From the human T2T-CHM13v2.0 reference genome, Homo sapiens: DNA of 64,000 bases. Location of the stretch: contig CP068257.2 in assembly GCA_009914755.4 (NCBI GenBank), forward strand, positions 23,520,001 to 23,584,000. The letters run 5' to 3'. The notes beneath the pieces were generated by a model. That model did not search any database. It was not told the origin of the DNA and was given only the letters and a program-made list of their open reading frames with translations. Positions 1 through 13,897 of this stretch are shown here, one piece after another. Made by a program: the position numbers and the translations under genes. Within the stretch, counting starts at the first letter, position 1, and each line of letters opens with the position of its first letter.

Positions 1-1687
1 TAGTCAACCTCCCAAGCAGACTTGTGTAACTTTGGAATAAATCACAAAGTTTAGAAGACTACCAGAGACACTGCTTATTTCTGAGCCCCAGTTTGAAAAT
101 GTTTGAAAGTTTTCTTTTGAATTCTAAGAAAAAAAAAAGCTGAAAAATGTCCATAGTAATTAAATAGGGAAATTTCTTTCCACAGTGACCTCTAAATTAA
201 CTTCTTGTATCTTTAACCTGTTCTGTTTTTGCAATAACTTCCATACTGTCTCTGATTTTCAAAAGACCTAGAGATCATGGAGAAGACTCAGAGAAATTCC
301 AAATGCATCTCAAAGAAAGAAAGAAAGAAAACAGAAAACCCAATAATTATAAGATTATGTTACTTTCTCATTCACACTTCATTTGCAATTCATCTTGACA
401 CCAACTATTTAAAAAATGGGTGAGTTCATCAGTATCCAATCACAGTTCTGAGGGGGAGAACATTTGTTGATTTTTTTCTTTATTTAGTTAAAAAATAATC
501 CATAACATAAGGTTTTGTGGTTATGTCTAAACCCAGCAGTGACTTTATCGTCTTTTTTCTTGCTTTCACTCCTTTGAGTCCTGGTTCAGTTTTGCTCCAT
601 ATTTTCATAAGTTTCATTTCTGAGTCCCAACCTTTCTCTTTTTCTCCCCTGGGATTTCCTTATGAAAAATGTCTTCAGGCTTTTTATTTTTCTATAAGTA
701 TTTGGAAAACATTTATTGAGGACCTACAACTTTATGTTTGGTATTTTTTATATTGATGACATTCCAAAGCTTATTGGGTTTATTCTATAATTTACTCATT
801 TTCTTATTTCCTCTGGTATTTTCCAGTGCTACTTAAACATTTTTTAACCAATAAAGCTATTTTTTGTAATTTATAAGACAAAAGCTCAAGTAACTGAATT
901 CACAAAAGCTATCAGAGGGTTATATTATATGCACATTAATCCTGTTTAAAATGATCAGCTTCCTTGCTATACACAAATTTCCAAATAGTGGCATCTAGGT
1001 CATCTTTGCACCTGTTCTTTCATCACAGATACACCCTCATTAAAGGGACTTCTTATTGCTTTCCTTATCACCATTTCCTGGTCATGGCCATATGTCAAAG
1101 CAAATGTTGACCTTGTTGTGTCACCAAATGAAAATTCTAGAAGTCAGGCCTTTAGATGTGAAATTTGTTAAAATCTCTCTCTTAATTTACCACTTGCTTC
1201 TTTTCCTTCATAACTTATGCTTTCTTTCTTTTATTAGAGAAGAAAGTTTTCTGACCCTGAGCATTTTTCCAGTTGTCACAAAAATGAGCCTAGCTCATAA
1301 AATTTGTCTTTTCCAAGTTCATTTTCCTTTTGAACATTTATAGCTATGATTCTCTTATTTCATCTTTTTCAAAGTCATTATAGATTATACTCTATTCATT
1401 TCATGTTTGTACTAAGTTGAATTTAATAAACCAATGTGCTAATTCCTCTTTTTCAAAATCCGAATAATGACTGTAATTTCCTTTTCAAATATTTGAAAAT
1501 GCTATTTCAGTCTTCTGTTTGTAATGCTTCCTTTTTTATTGCTTCTCTCTGGACAGTACTTTAAAATTATACTCTATAAAATAAGATATTCATAATTAAT
1601 ACTTTCCACATGCTGACATATATTTACCCCAAACTGTAATCCCAGACTTTCAAATATGAATTTTTAAACTTTAATTTTAATTTCAAG

Positions 1688-2186
1688 TGCAGGTTTGTTA
1701 CATAGTTAAACTTGTGTTATGGGGGTTTGTTGTACAGATTATTTCATCACCCGGGTATAAAGCCTAGTACACTTTTGTTATTTTACCTGATCCTCTCCCT
1801 TCTCTCACCCTCCATTCTCCAAAAGGCCCCAGTATGTATTGTTCCCCTCTACGTGTTCATTTGTTCTCATCAGTTAGCTCCCACTTATAAGGGAGAACAC
1901 GTAGCATTTGGTTTTCAGTTCCTGTATTAGTTTGCTAAGTATAATATGGCCAAAGGAATATGAATCATTCTATTATAAAGACACATGCACAAGCATGTGT
2001 ATATTTATTGCAGCACTATTCACAATAGCAAAGACATGGAATCAACCTAAATATCTATCAATGATAGACTGGATAAAGAAAATGTACATATACACCATAG
2101 AATACTATGCAACTATAAAAAAAATATGAGATCATGTCCTTTGCAGGAACATGGTTGGAGCTGGAGGCCATTCTCCTTAGCAAATA
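1688..2186 (+). mobile_element. LINE-1 fragment covering the ORF2 C-terminal region, with an internal deletion relative to consensus
   Basis: Starts tgcaggtttgttacat..., a typical L1 ORF2 segment. Track ORF 1908..2129 translates ...WNQPKYLSMIDWIKKMYIYTIEYYATIKK, matching the L1 ORF2 C-terminus (WNQPKCPSTDEWIKKMWYIYTMEYYSAIKK-like). Ends ...ctggaggccattctccttagcaaa. Confidence 0.8.
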
Positions 2187-2651
2187 TGAATTTTTTATGC
2201 CTCTCATGCTGTTATCAGGACAACTGTGGTTGGCAGACAAAATGAACACCAAGGTGTATTTATAAAACTATTATTAAACTTATATAAATAGATCTCATAA
2301 ATGACGTCCGTATCTTTCACATGAATTATACTCAACATCTAATACCTACTTGTAGAACCTGAATGACTAAAAGCAAAGCCTGTGGGGTTAGCAGATGTAG
2401 ATCTGACTCTTGAGGTATACAATTCTAAATCATATAAAGCCTTGAAATTTAATATAGAAAGAAAAACTCTCACTTGATGTCATTCATATAGATTTTTTCC
2501 TAAATTTCTTTTTAAGGCTAGATGATTTGGAATAACTGATAACTTTCCTTTGCCACATTTATTCCTACCAGATTGAGTTGAACACCTGCCTTAAGGGCTT
2601 AGCTTCCTGTTTTCTTAAGGGAGTTATAATTCCTTAAGAGATGCCATTATG

Positions 2652-3487
<836 letters not shown>

Positions 3488-3563
3488 AAAGACAAAGAAA
3501 TTTCCAGGGGAAAAAAGAGAGATGAGCATGAAAAAGTTTATTTTAAAAATTATTATTCTAATG

Positions 3564-3917
3564 TGTATTAGTCCGTTTTCACGGTGCTGATAAAGACATA
3601 CCCAAGACTGGGCAATTTACAAAAGAAAGAGGTTTAATTGGACTTATAGTTCCACATGTCTGGGGAAGCCTCACAATCATGGCAGAAGGCAAGGAGGTGC
3701 AAGTCACGTCTTACATGGATGGCATCAGGCAAAGAGAGAACTTGTGCAGGGGACCTCCTTTTTTAAAACCATCAGATCTCATGAGACTTATTCACTATCA
3801 TGAGAACAGCATGAGAAAGACTTGCCCCATGATTCAATTACTTCTCACTGGCTCCCTACCACAACACATTGGAATTCAAGATGAGATTTGGGTGGGGACA
3901 CAGGCAAACCAAATCAC
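3564..3917 (-). mobile_element. MaLR solo LTR (THE1/MST-type), minus orientation
   Basis: Reverse complement of the LTR pattern seen at 4537-4900: tgtattagtccgttttcacggtgctgataaagacatacc...tcacaatcatggcagaaggcaa...ttcaagatgagatttgggtggggacacag...caaaccaaatca (rc of tgatatggtttgg...). Confidence 0.7.
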
Positions 3918-4536
3918 AATGTTTTGCAGAAATCTAGGAAATTTAAGATTTTTCCTCTAATGTTAGATCTGAAGATTTTTCAGTTTAAGGATAAGGTCAT
4001 GAGACAATGTAGTTCTAGAGTTCTCCCCAGACAGAGAGCAAAGGTTATGAACTAATGAATGCCTCTTGTTTTGATAAAATCTCTTCAACCTCACTTCTCT
4101 TGTCAAACAGTGAACTCGGGTATTGTATTAAGACAAAGATGAAAATGTGAAATTGAGACATCACCGTAAATTGTGTGCTTAGAAAGCCTATGAAAGCTTC
4201 ATTCATTGAGTGCAACTTGGACTAGAATGTTGCTTGACGTCCATAGCATGGGGCAACACCCTGTAGCCAATGAAATCTAAATATGATGTCAAATTGTCTC
4301 TGCTCTCTCCATTTTTTAGTTATATCAGGATTTCAAAAAGGTTATCAGTTCCAAGAGGAAATTTATAATAATCTTAAAAGTAATATCTTAAAATAATATT
4401 TTAAGTAATTTACTTAAAAGTAAAGTGAGATATTATTTAACATTATTTAATTCTTGAGATACTTTTTAAGAGATATTATTTATTTAATTCTTAAAGTAAC
4501 TCTAAGAATTAAATATGAAAATGCTAAAACAAGTGG

Positions 4537-4900
4537 TGATATGATTTGGCTTTGTGTTCCTACCCAAATCTCATCTTGTAACTCTCATAATTCTCATAAT
4601 TCCCACATGTTGTGGGAGGGACCCAGTGGAAGATAATTAAATAATGGAAGCAGTTCTTTTCCCTGTGTTGTTCTCATAAGAGTGAATAAGTCTCACTAGG
4701 TTTAATGTTTTTAAAAACAGGAGTTTCCTTGTACAAACTCTCTTATCTGCTGCCATGTGAGACATGCCCTTCACCTTCTGCCATGATTGTAAGGCCTCCC
4801 CAGCCACATGGAACTGTTGAGTCCATTAAACCTCTTTCTTTCGTAAATTGTCCAGTCTCAGGTATGTCTTTATCAGCAGTGTGAAAGCAGACTAATACAG
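4537..4900 (+). repeat. 5' LTR of the THE1-type element
   Basis: See the parent element. Contains a local duplication ctcataattctcataattccc that is absent from the 3' LTR. Confidence 0.8.
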
Positions 4901-6359
4901 TAAATTGGTACCAGGAGTGGGGTGTTGCTGAAAAGATACCTGAAAATGTGGAAGTGACTTTGGAACTGGGTAATAGCCAGAGGTTGGAACAGTTTGGAAG
5001 GCTCAGAAGAAGACAGGAAAATGTGGGAAAGTTTGGTACTCCCTAGAGACTTGTTGAATGGCTTTGACCAAAATGCTGATAATGATATAGACAATGAAAT
5101 CCAGGCTAAGGAGGTCTCAGATGGAGATGAGGAACTTGTCGGGAACCAGAGCAAAGGTGACTTTTGTTATGTTTTAGCAAAGAGACTGGCGACATTTTGC
5201 CCATGCCCTAGAGATTTGTGGAACTTTGAACTTGAGAGAGATGATTTAAGCTATCTGGTAGAAGACATTTCTAAGCAGCAAAGCATTCAAGAGGTGACTT
5301 GGGTGCTGTTAAAAGCATTTGGTTTCAAAGAAAAACAGAGCACGAAAGTTTAGAAAATTTGCAGCCTGACAATGCAATAGAAGGGAAAATTCCATTTTCT
5401 GAGAGAAATTCAAGCTGGCTGCAGAAATTTGCATAAGTAACAAGGAGCTATATGTTAAATTTCATAGGCTGGGCCCAGGGTCCCCTTGCTGTGTGTAGCC
5501 TAGGGACTTGGTCCGCTGTGTCCCAGCCACTCCACCCATGGCTAAAAGGACCCAGTGTAGAGCTCAGGCCATGGCTTTGAAGGGTACAAGCCCCAAGCCT
5601 TGGCAGCTTCCACATGATGTTGAGCCTGCAAGTGCACAGAAGTCAATGATTCAGGTTTGGGAACCTCTGCTTAGATTTCAGAGGATGTATGGAAATGCCT
5701 GGATGTCCAGGCAGAAGTTTGCTGTGGGGCAGGGCCCTCATGGAGAAACTATGCTAGGGCGGTGTGGAAGGGAAATGTGGGGTCAGAGCCCCTACACAGA
5801 GTTCCTACTGGGGCACTGCCTAGTGGAGCTCTGAAAAGAGGACCACCATCCTCTAAACCCCAGAATGGTAGATCCATGGATAGCTTGCACTGTACACCTG
5901 GAAAAGTGGCAGACACTCAATGCCAGCCCATCAAAGCTTCTGAGAGGGAGGCTATACCCTGCAAAGCCACAGGGCCAGAGCTTCCCAAGACCATGGAGCC
6001 CACCTCTTGCATCAGCATGACCTAGATGTGAGACATGGAGTCAAAGAAGATCATTTTGGAGCTTTAAGATTTGATGGCCCTGCTGGATTTTTGATTTGCT
6101 TTGGGCCTGTAGCCCCTTTGTTTTGGCCAATTTATCCCATGTAGAATGGCTGTATTTACCCAGCGCTTGTACACCCATTGTATCTAGGAAGTAATTAACT
6201 TGCTTTTGATTTTACAGACTCATAGGTGGAAGGAATGAGACTTTGGACTGTGAACTTTTGAGTTAATGCTGAAATGAATTAAATCTTTGGGGATTGTTAG
6301 GAAGGCATGATTGGTTTTGAAATGTGAGGACATGAAATTTGGGAGATGCCAGGGTGGAA

Positions 6360-6711
6360 AGATATGGTTTGGCTCTGTGTCCCCACCCAAATCTCATCTT
6401 GTAACTCCCATAATTCCCACGTGTTGTGGGAGGGACCTGGTGAGAGATAACTGAATCATGGGGGCGGGTCTTTCTTGTGCTGTTCTCATGATAGTAAGTC
6501 TCACGAGATCTGATGGTTTTAAAAACTGGAGTTTCCTTTTACAAACTCTCTTCTCTTGTCTGCTGGCATGGAAGACATGTCTTTCAGCTTCCATCATGAT
6601 TGTGAGGCCTCCCCAGCCACATGGAGCTGTAAGTCCTTTAAACCTCTTCCTTTTATAAATTGCCTAGTCTCAGATATGTCTTTATCAGCAGCATGAAATA
6701 AACTAATACAG
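6360..6711 (+). repeat. 3' LTR of the THE1-type element
   Basis: Same LTR family and orientation as 4537-4900. By eye the two LTRs differ by more than 10%, consistent with an old insertion. Confidence 0.8.
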
Positions 6712-7991
6712 ATGGTTATTATTGTTATTGTTATCCATTTCTTTTTTTAAGTCTAAGGTATCACTTTTTTGTCAGGTTTCAACTAGAGAAACAGAACCAG
6801 CAGGAAGTATATATTAAGAAATTTATTGCAAGGAATTGTCTTTCTTGATTTGGGAGTCTGGTTAGGCAGATTCAAAATCCATAGGGATGGCTGTCAGAAA
6901 GTGGAGGCTGAAACTTTCGTGCAGGAGTTGAAGCTATAAATCCACAAACAGAATTCCTTTTGGTCCTGAAAAACCTCAGTTCTGCTCTTAAGGCCCTTAA
7001 ACTGCTTGAATTGGGTTTACCCAGGTTATCTAAAATAATCACTTCAAATCAACTGATTATAAATATTACTCACATCTATAAAATACCTTCACAGCACCAC
7101 CTACACTAGTGTTTGCATGAATGACTGGTAATGCATCCTTCCCAAGGTTACACATAAAACTGACCATCATAATAAGATATCCATTGTTAATGGCCTTAAT
7201 AGTAAGATATTAAAAAGCAACCACAAAATAACTGTGACAAATAAAAATAAATATTTATTTTTTGCTACCAAATCTACAAGTTTGCTGGGTGACTTTCTTG
7301 GCTCACTTGATGTTGGCTGACCTTGCCCATGATTCTGCACACAACAGACAGGTTGTAGCATGCTGCTGTAGTTTGGCCTTAGTTGGAGTGACTCAGTTCT
7401 CCTTCATATATTCTCTCATCCTTCAGTAGGCTAACTCAGGACTTGTCCTTATGGTGGTGGCAGGGATTCAACGAGAGAGCAGGAGTGCACACAGCTATTA
7501 GAGTCTTAGGTTTAATCACTTCTACCACATTCCATGGGCCAAAGAAAATCACTAAGATAGCCAAAATTCAAGACATGGGGAAGTAAATATTATCTCCCAA
7601 TGGAAGGAGCTACAAAGTCATGTTTTATATGGCATGGATATAGAAGAACTAGAAAATTGAGACCATTTTTTACAATAAATCTACCAAATCTAACATATAA
7701 AAAAATAAAAACATATAATGATTTATGGGTCATCTAATATGTTGTTTTAATAAAAATTTGATATCCTGCTCATACGAATGGGAAAAAGTTTTTTCTGCTA
7801 ATACAAAGTGGACTTAGACCGTCATCTACATGTCACACCAGTTTGGAGTGCAGTAATGTATAATGTCAATTATTATCCAGCATGATTTAGAAGACAGAAT
7901 GTGAAAGCCAAGAAGGCAGATCGTAAAATCAACTTGTAGTTCAGGCTTTGTATAACAGATAGTTCAAATAGAAAAGAAGGTAAAGAATTGA

Positions 7992-8287
<296 letters not shown>

Positions 8288-11200
8288 GAATTGAGTTCAC
8301 ACAAAAATGAGTTGAAATTATTAGGCATTAAGAAAAACTGACAGACGTTAATGAAATGGAAGAAGCCAAGGGACCAGAGATCAGAGTGTGGGTGAAATGT
8401 GTGTATTGAGGCCAGCCCTGCCTTAGCCTTTGTGAGGCCTAGAGCCAGAGTACACATGATGTTCCCCACACTAGATACCTACACGTTTAAAAATTATAAT
8501 GAAACCTAGCAAATTGTTATATAAAATATGTCTACTACTCATCTCTTGATTAACCTACCTTTATGACAATCCAGAAGGGCTGGAGGACCACACCGGAATG
8601 GACAGCACAGGAAGGGCCAGCCCCAGTTCTCAGCCTGCCATCTTGTCTCCCGGCCTGACTTCATCTCATACCAACACATCTGGTCCATCCTGTGACTCAG
8701 CATGCAGTCTGAGAAGGAAGTACAGAGGCTCCAAGTGGGCTTTTGCATTTGGCCCCATGAAAGCCTCAGCCCATCAGAAGGCTTGTAGCCAGAGGAGAAG
8801 CAGAGAAGGGCTTTTTATAAAGGTAAACTTTTTGCCTAGGACTAAGAGGTAGTATTGTAGTAACAAGGATTTGAAGAACAGAAATCTGTGGAATTTAAAA
8901 TCTAATCTCCAAATAATCAAAGCGAACCATAAAATATATGTTCAATGTACTTGGTTGCTGAAGTAAAAATAAGATAATATTAAGATTGAGGCAAATCAAG
9001 ATACTGGATAAAGCAGGCCCACAGGTGAACAAACTTAGGGATACTGAAGGGCCCTGGTCAAGAGCCAAAGATAGAATAAGGGGGACCCTGACATATCAAG
9101 TGTCAAAGACTATGATGAATGAAAGAAACAGTGAGGTTCAAGAGAGGGCAGAATGAGTAGAAATGATGACATGAAAATCCTGTATCACCAAATGGCGGAC
9201 TTTAGCACAGGTGGATTTGGGAGAACATGGACGTGGAATCACTTGGAAGACACATGAAGAGCAAGAAAAAGACTGTTGATACCACCTCCTACTGTTATCA
9301 AGAGCACTTCACGTGAAAACAAGCATCCGTTATTTAAAGGCTGGGGAAGAACCAAGTTTCAGATTATAAAGAAGGTAAAGGAAGCAACGAGAGTGAAGCA
9401 ATAGGAAGGGGTAGGTTTCCAACGCTCTGTGGTAATGGAACCATGACCACATTCCACACCGTTGCATCACCAGGGCCACACACAGTGCCCAGCACACTGT
9501 ATGTGCCTCATTAAAATAGCTGAATTTATGCATTACATTTGACAGAAGAAAATCTTTCTAACAGTGGTTCTTTCCAAGGAACACATAAAACATTATAAAG
9601 AATTGCGTAGACCTTCAGAAAGGGGATCACATAAAGCATTAGATGGCTTTTCAGTTCTGTTCCAAAACTGTGAGTCTACCATGCTGGTTAGGGTACCTGA
9701 GTTTCAGTGCCCCAATATTTATAACACAAATGTAAATTACACATGAAACACACACCCCTACAAACATTGCACAAGATTTTTTAAGTTATTATGTCCATAA
9801 TTTAAAGCTGAAAAGTCCAGCTATCTATAGGTTATAAATATCACAAATCTCCACTGTGATTTTAATATTTAGAGAAAAAAGTCAAAAAGAATGTGACCAT
9901 CTCCTAATGAATGCAATTACTAAAAATATCATCAATTAGAAATGATTTTCACATCAACAGAGCAGTCATAACAGTGTTTTTGAAACTACAGGTGGCAGGC
10001 TATTAGTTGTCATGAGCAGAATGTTTTAATGAAATAAAAAATGTAAAACACATTTCACATTGTACATAACGATTGCTTGATTAAACTCATCTTGGTCATG
10101 TATCATAGATATTGAAGTATTTTTAAATGCTTTATTATTTGTTATGTATTTATTTATTGCTCAAACATTTACAGAGTACCTCCCGTGCTAACACTTGAAG
10201 GTAAAATTCATTTTAAAAGACATGCAAAGTTTCTTTAGAGCTCATAATTGAATGGCAACAGCAGATAATTATACAAGCAAAGAAGCATGAAAATAGAAAA
10301 GTAAAAGTTGTCAAGGGAGATCAAAAGTAACTCAAGGGGTAAGGAAGAACCACTTTAGAAAAAGTATGGATTAAGATGATACTTAAAGAATGAGTGAGGG
10401 TGAGCTTAGCGATCAGTCAGGCTGGTATATTCTATACAGGAGAATAGCAAGAGGCAAGAAAGAAAATATCACGTTAATAAACTGAAAGGAATCCAACCAA
10501 CTTAGAGCATAGAGTGTGAGAAGGTTAATAACTGGAGGTGAGGATGGGAGGGTAGGCAGGGGTCAGATTGTACATGGCCTTATGAACCATATACAACAAT
10601 TTGAACCTTAAAGCAGGACACTTGGAAACCTACAAAGGATTATAAACTGGTTGGTAACATGATCAAATTTTAATCTCAGCAGAGTAGAAAATATAAAAAG
10701 AAAGGAGTAAGACAGGAGATTAAGTGACAAATCAGGAGGCATCTATCCAAGTGAGAGGTGCCGATGAGTTGGCCCAGGGTGGTGAGTGAGGATGAGGAAG
10801 CATCATTTAATTGGATGTTGGCACCAGAGCCCATGACTCTTGCCCACTAAGGTTGGAATAGGGGAAGAGGAGCCCATTTGTGGTATAATGAATCTGTTCA
10901 GCCCAGATATCAGTTGACTTTGTAGGGCTTAACAGACATCTAAGTGTTATGGCCATGGGGCAGATAAATAAAAGGCCCAGACACCAGCAGAGAGGTCTGC
11001 CCTGTAGATACTAATATGCTCAAGCCCTTAATGAATAAATAGTAACTGGACATTTTCAGGGTTCAAATAACCATGAGAAGACAAAATTGGCCCTAACTGA
11101 AAGCTTAAGCATTATGAATTTTGGTCATGTTCACTTACTATCTGCAAATGAAACACATAGATATTAAAACCTACCTAGTCACATAAATGGAGAAAATAAT

Positions 11201-12348
11201 ACAATACCATAACTATAGAGAAGAAACAACAAAGAGGTGCTTTATAATGCTTCAATATGCAAATGCACATTTTTAAGAAAATACTAGTGAATAATATTTA
11301 TTCTCTACATAGGACATGGTGAGCACGGCATCTACAGACTTAATAAATCATGGTTTATAAATGATTTTGATTCCACAAGGAACACCGCCTCTGGGAACAT
11401 AACTTTTCAAAATGGTAAGAAATTCTTGAGTAAACTTCTTAATTATACCATACACACTCTTTGTCAAGTACCACAGTTGTTTCAATGCTGGAAATTTCAG
11501 GGCATATGAAAATGACACAAGTAAACAAAAAAAATGCTTTGTTTATATTTAAAACAAAAAGGTCACTTATTTATAATTAGGTTTAGCATCCCCTTCCCTG
11601 TCACTTACGTGTATATCAGGCAGGACATTTGAAAGTTACATGAAACCTGGGCAAGTTCTTCACTGTACCAGTCTCTACAAGGGTTTTGAAAGATGTATCA
11701 TCTCTGGTCCATTCTTGTTAATAAAGCTGATAGCCCAACACCTCAAATGTGACAACTAAAAGCACTACATTTCTAAAATATTCCATAGGGAGCGTTGAAG
11801 TGAACTAAATATGGCCTAAGAAGGACTCCGTACTTCTGTAGTTGAGTCCTTTTGGAGGAACTGCAACCTAGCTTAATAGGTAGATAAGACTGAAAACCTA
11901 ATTTAGGAGTATGTGTTTGTAACAATAGCTGAGACTTGGCCAATTCCAGTGGCGATATTTCAACCATTCATACACTGCTGAGTGTTCAAACTGTGTTCGA
12001 ATAAGGCAAACGCCAACCTGTAACCAATCCAGCTGCTCTGTACCTCACTTCCAATTCCTATATGGCATTTCCCTTTTTTTGTCTGTAATTCTTCTTCCAC
12101 CATGTGGCTGTGCTGAAGTCTCTGTGAATCTGCTGTGAATCTGCTGTGGGCTGCCTGATTCACGAATCATTGGTTGCTCAATTAAACTCCTTTAAATTTA
12201 ATTCACCTGCAGTTTTTCTTTTATCAGGAGAAACTCCAATGCTGATTTAGAACAGAAAATAGAAGCATGGAGCTTTCTAAGGAAACAGAGAACAAATAAC
12301 CAGAATGATAGGAGGGGGAAAAAAAAATCCCTAAATTTAGTACAACTA

Positions 12349-12619
12349 TTTTTTTTTTTTTTTTTTTTTTGAGACAGAGTTTCGCTCTGTTGCTCAGGCT
12401 AGAGTGCAGTGGTGCGATCTCAGCTCAGTGCAACCTCCACTTCCCGGATTCAAGCTATTCTCCTGCCTCAGCCTCCTGAGTACCTGGAACTACAGGTGCC
12501 CACCATCATGCCTGGCTAATTTTTGTATTTTTAGTAGAGACAGGGTTTCACCATGTTGGCCAGACTGGTCTCGAACTCCTGACCTCAGGTAATCCACTGG
12601 CCTCAGCCTCCCAAAGTGC
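12349..12619 (-). mobile_element. Alu, minus orientation, truncated at the Alu 5' end
   Basis: T22 run followed by gagacagagtttcgctctgttgctcaggctagagtgcagtggtgcgatctcagctcagtgcaacctcc...cctcagcctcccaaagtgc. Confidence 0.9.
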
Positions 12620-12707
12620 AACTATCTCATTTTTTATCTGACACCTAAGCAGCGCTTAACAGCACTAAATCTGGCAACATGTTGATCATGGAGTTACTAC
12701 GGAGGGG

Positions 12708-12806
12708 AATCCAAAGTCATCTTCAAACCAAAACCTTCCAGGAAAATAAGTTTATAAGTTATAAGTTGTCAGTATGACGACATTGAAAATGTTTCCCTTG
12801 GCGAAG
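12708..12806 (+). repeat. Copy 1 of a 99-bp low-copy direct repeat (partner at 14855-14953)
   Basis: aatccaaagtcatcttcaaaccaaaaccttccaggaaaataagtttataagttataagttgtcaGtatgacGacattgaaaatgtttcccttggcgaag. The partner differs at only 2 positions. Confidence 0.85.
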
Positions 12807-13585
12807 AGAGTGTTAGTAGGAACACAGGACTGATTTCTGGGAGCTGAAGAATGATAATGCAAACACAAGTTCCAGCGATCGGCCAGATGCAAGCACAGGT
12901 TTATTAACTTAATTTGATGTTTGTTTTGTAGGCTGCTTTGTTTCATGCCTTAGATGAGAAAGACTTGAACATGTATAAATGAAGCAAGGCATGAGTGGAC
13001 AGAGAGAAGTTAAATATGCAGAAGACAGTTAAGTGTTTTTTTACCTGACAAAGAGGAAGACGGAGGAAACCTTTTCACAGTGGGATTTGCTCCATGCTGC
13101 CCAAGGGAAAATCTGATTTACATGTAGATGCAAGTAAGTTCTTGGTTTTGGCACCAGGAGACTCAGAGGTTGTCTTCCATAGGCTGGCATTTCTCCAGTG
13201 ATGTCAGAGAGGCTGGGATCAAAGGGAACCAGACAGGAAGTGGAAGGATCTGAAATATAAAAAGAGAGCACGTTTGAAGTAGTTGCGGTGCGGTGGATAA
13301 TGGGAAAAGCTGCACAGACAAATTTTATTTTTAAAATGGGGGGTAGATAGCTATCTAAACTGATAAGTAGCATTTATTAGAAGATTTTTATACATGTTGA
13401 ATATTGAAGATAAGTGTTCTGAAAAACATACAGTTCCAGTAAAGGAACATAAAATAATATTTCCTGACAACTTTGAGGGAAAGATTGGTTAATGCCACAG
13501 GAATTGCTCGGATTTTGGAGAAGAACATGGACTACAACAGAGGGCCATTTTCTGTGTGTAAAACAAAATGCTGCTTGCTTGCTTG

Positions 13586-13897
13586 CTTTTTTTCTTTCTT
13601 TTTTTTTTCTTTTTTTGAGACCAACTCTTGCTCTGTGGCCCAGGCTGGAGTGCAATGGTGCAATTTCGGCTCACTGCAATCTCTACCTCCTGGGTTTAAG
13701 TGATTCTTCTGCCTCAGGCTCCTGAGTAGCTGGGACTATAGGTGTGTGTAACACTCCCAACTAATTTTTGTATTTTTAGTATAGGTGGAGTTTCACCATG
13801 TTTGCCAGGCTGGTCTCAAAATCCTGACCTCAAATGATCCACCCACCTCAACCTCCCAAAGTGCTGGGATGACAAGTGTGAGCCACCTCTCTCGGTC
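13586..13897 (-). mobile_element. Alu, minus orientation
   Basis: T-rich head then gagaccaactcttgctctgtggcccaggctggagtgcaatggtgcaatttcggctcactgcaatctctacctcctgggtttaagtgattcttctgcctcag...cccaaagtgctgggatgacaagtgtgagccacc. Confidence 0.9.

Larger units (their letters stand above)
4537..6711 (+). mobile_element. Full-length THE1-type MaLR (ERVL-MaLR) retroelement: 5' LTR, internal region, 3' LTR
   Basis: 5' LTR 4537-4900 runs tgatatgatttggctttgtgttcctacccaaatctcatcttg...cagcagtgtgaaagcagactaatacag. Internal region 4901-6359 begins aaattggtaccaggagtggggtgttgctgaaaagatacctgaaaatgtggaagtgactttggaactgggtaa, the characteristic THE1 internal sequence. 3' LTR 6360-6711 runs agatatggtttggctctgtgtccccacccaaatctcatcttg...ctaatacag. 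Track ORFs 4994..5353, 5508..5834 and 5762..6025 lie in the non-coding internal region. Confidence 0.85.

Noticed and set aside
4370-4510. An AT-rich block with imperfect tandem units (tatttaattcttgag / tatttatttaattcttaaag; taatatcttaaaataatattttaagtaatttacttaaaagtaa)
   Set aside because: This is low-complexity AT-rich sequence immediately 5' of the THE1 LTR. It has only two or three degenerate units and no higher-order structure.
4994-6025. Three sizeable ORFs (119, 108 and 87 aa) clustered on the plus strand
   Set aside because: All three lie inside the non-coding internal region of the THE1-type MaLR element. The MaLR internal sequence is known not to encode proteins. These are chance ORFs in retroelement sequence.
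10130-11700. Possible additional MIR fragments (e.g. tatttattgctcaaacatttacagagtacctcccgtgctaacactt at about 10150, and cctgggcaagttcttcactgtaccagtctctacaagg at about 11650)
   Set aside because: The similarity to MIR core and 3' motifs is too weak and gapped to call without a profile search.
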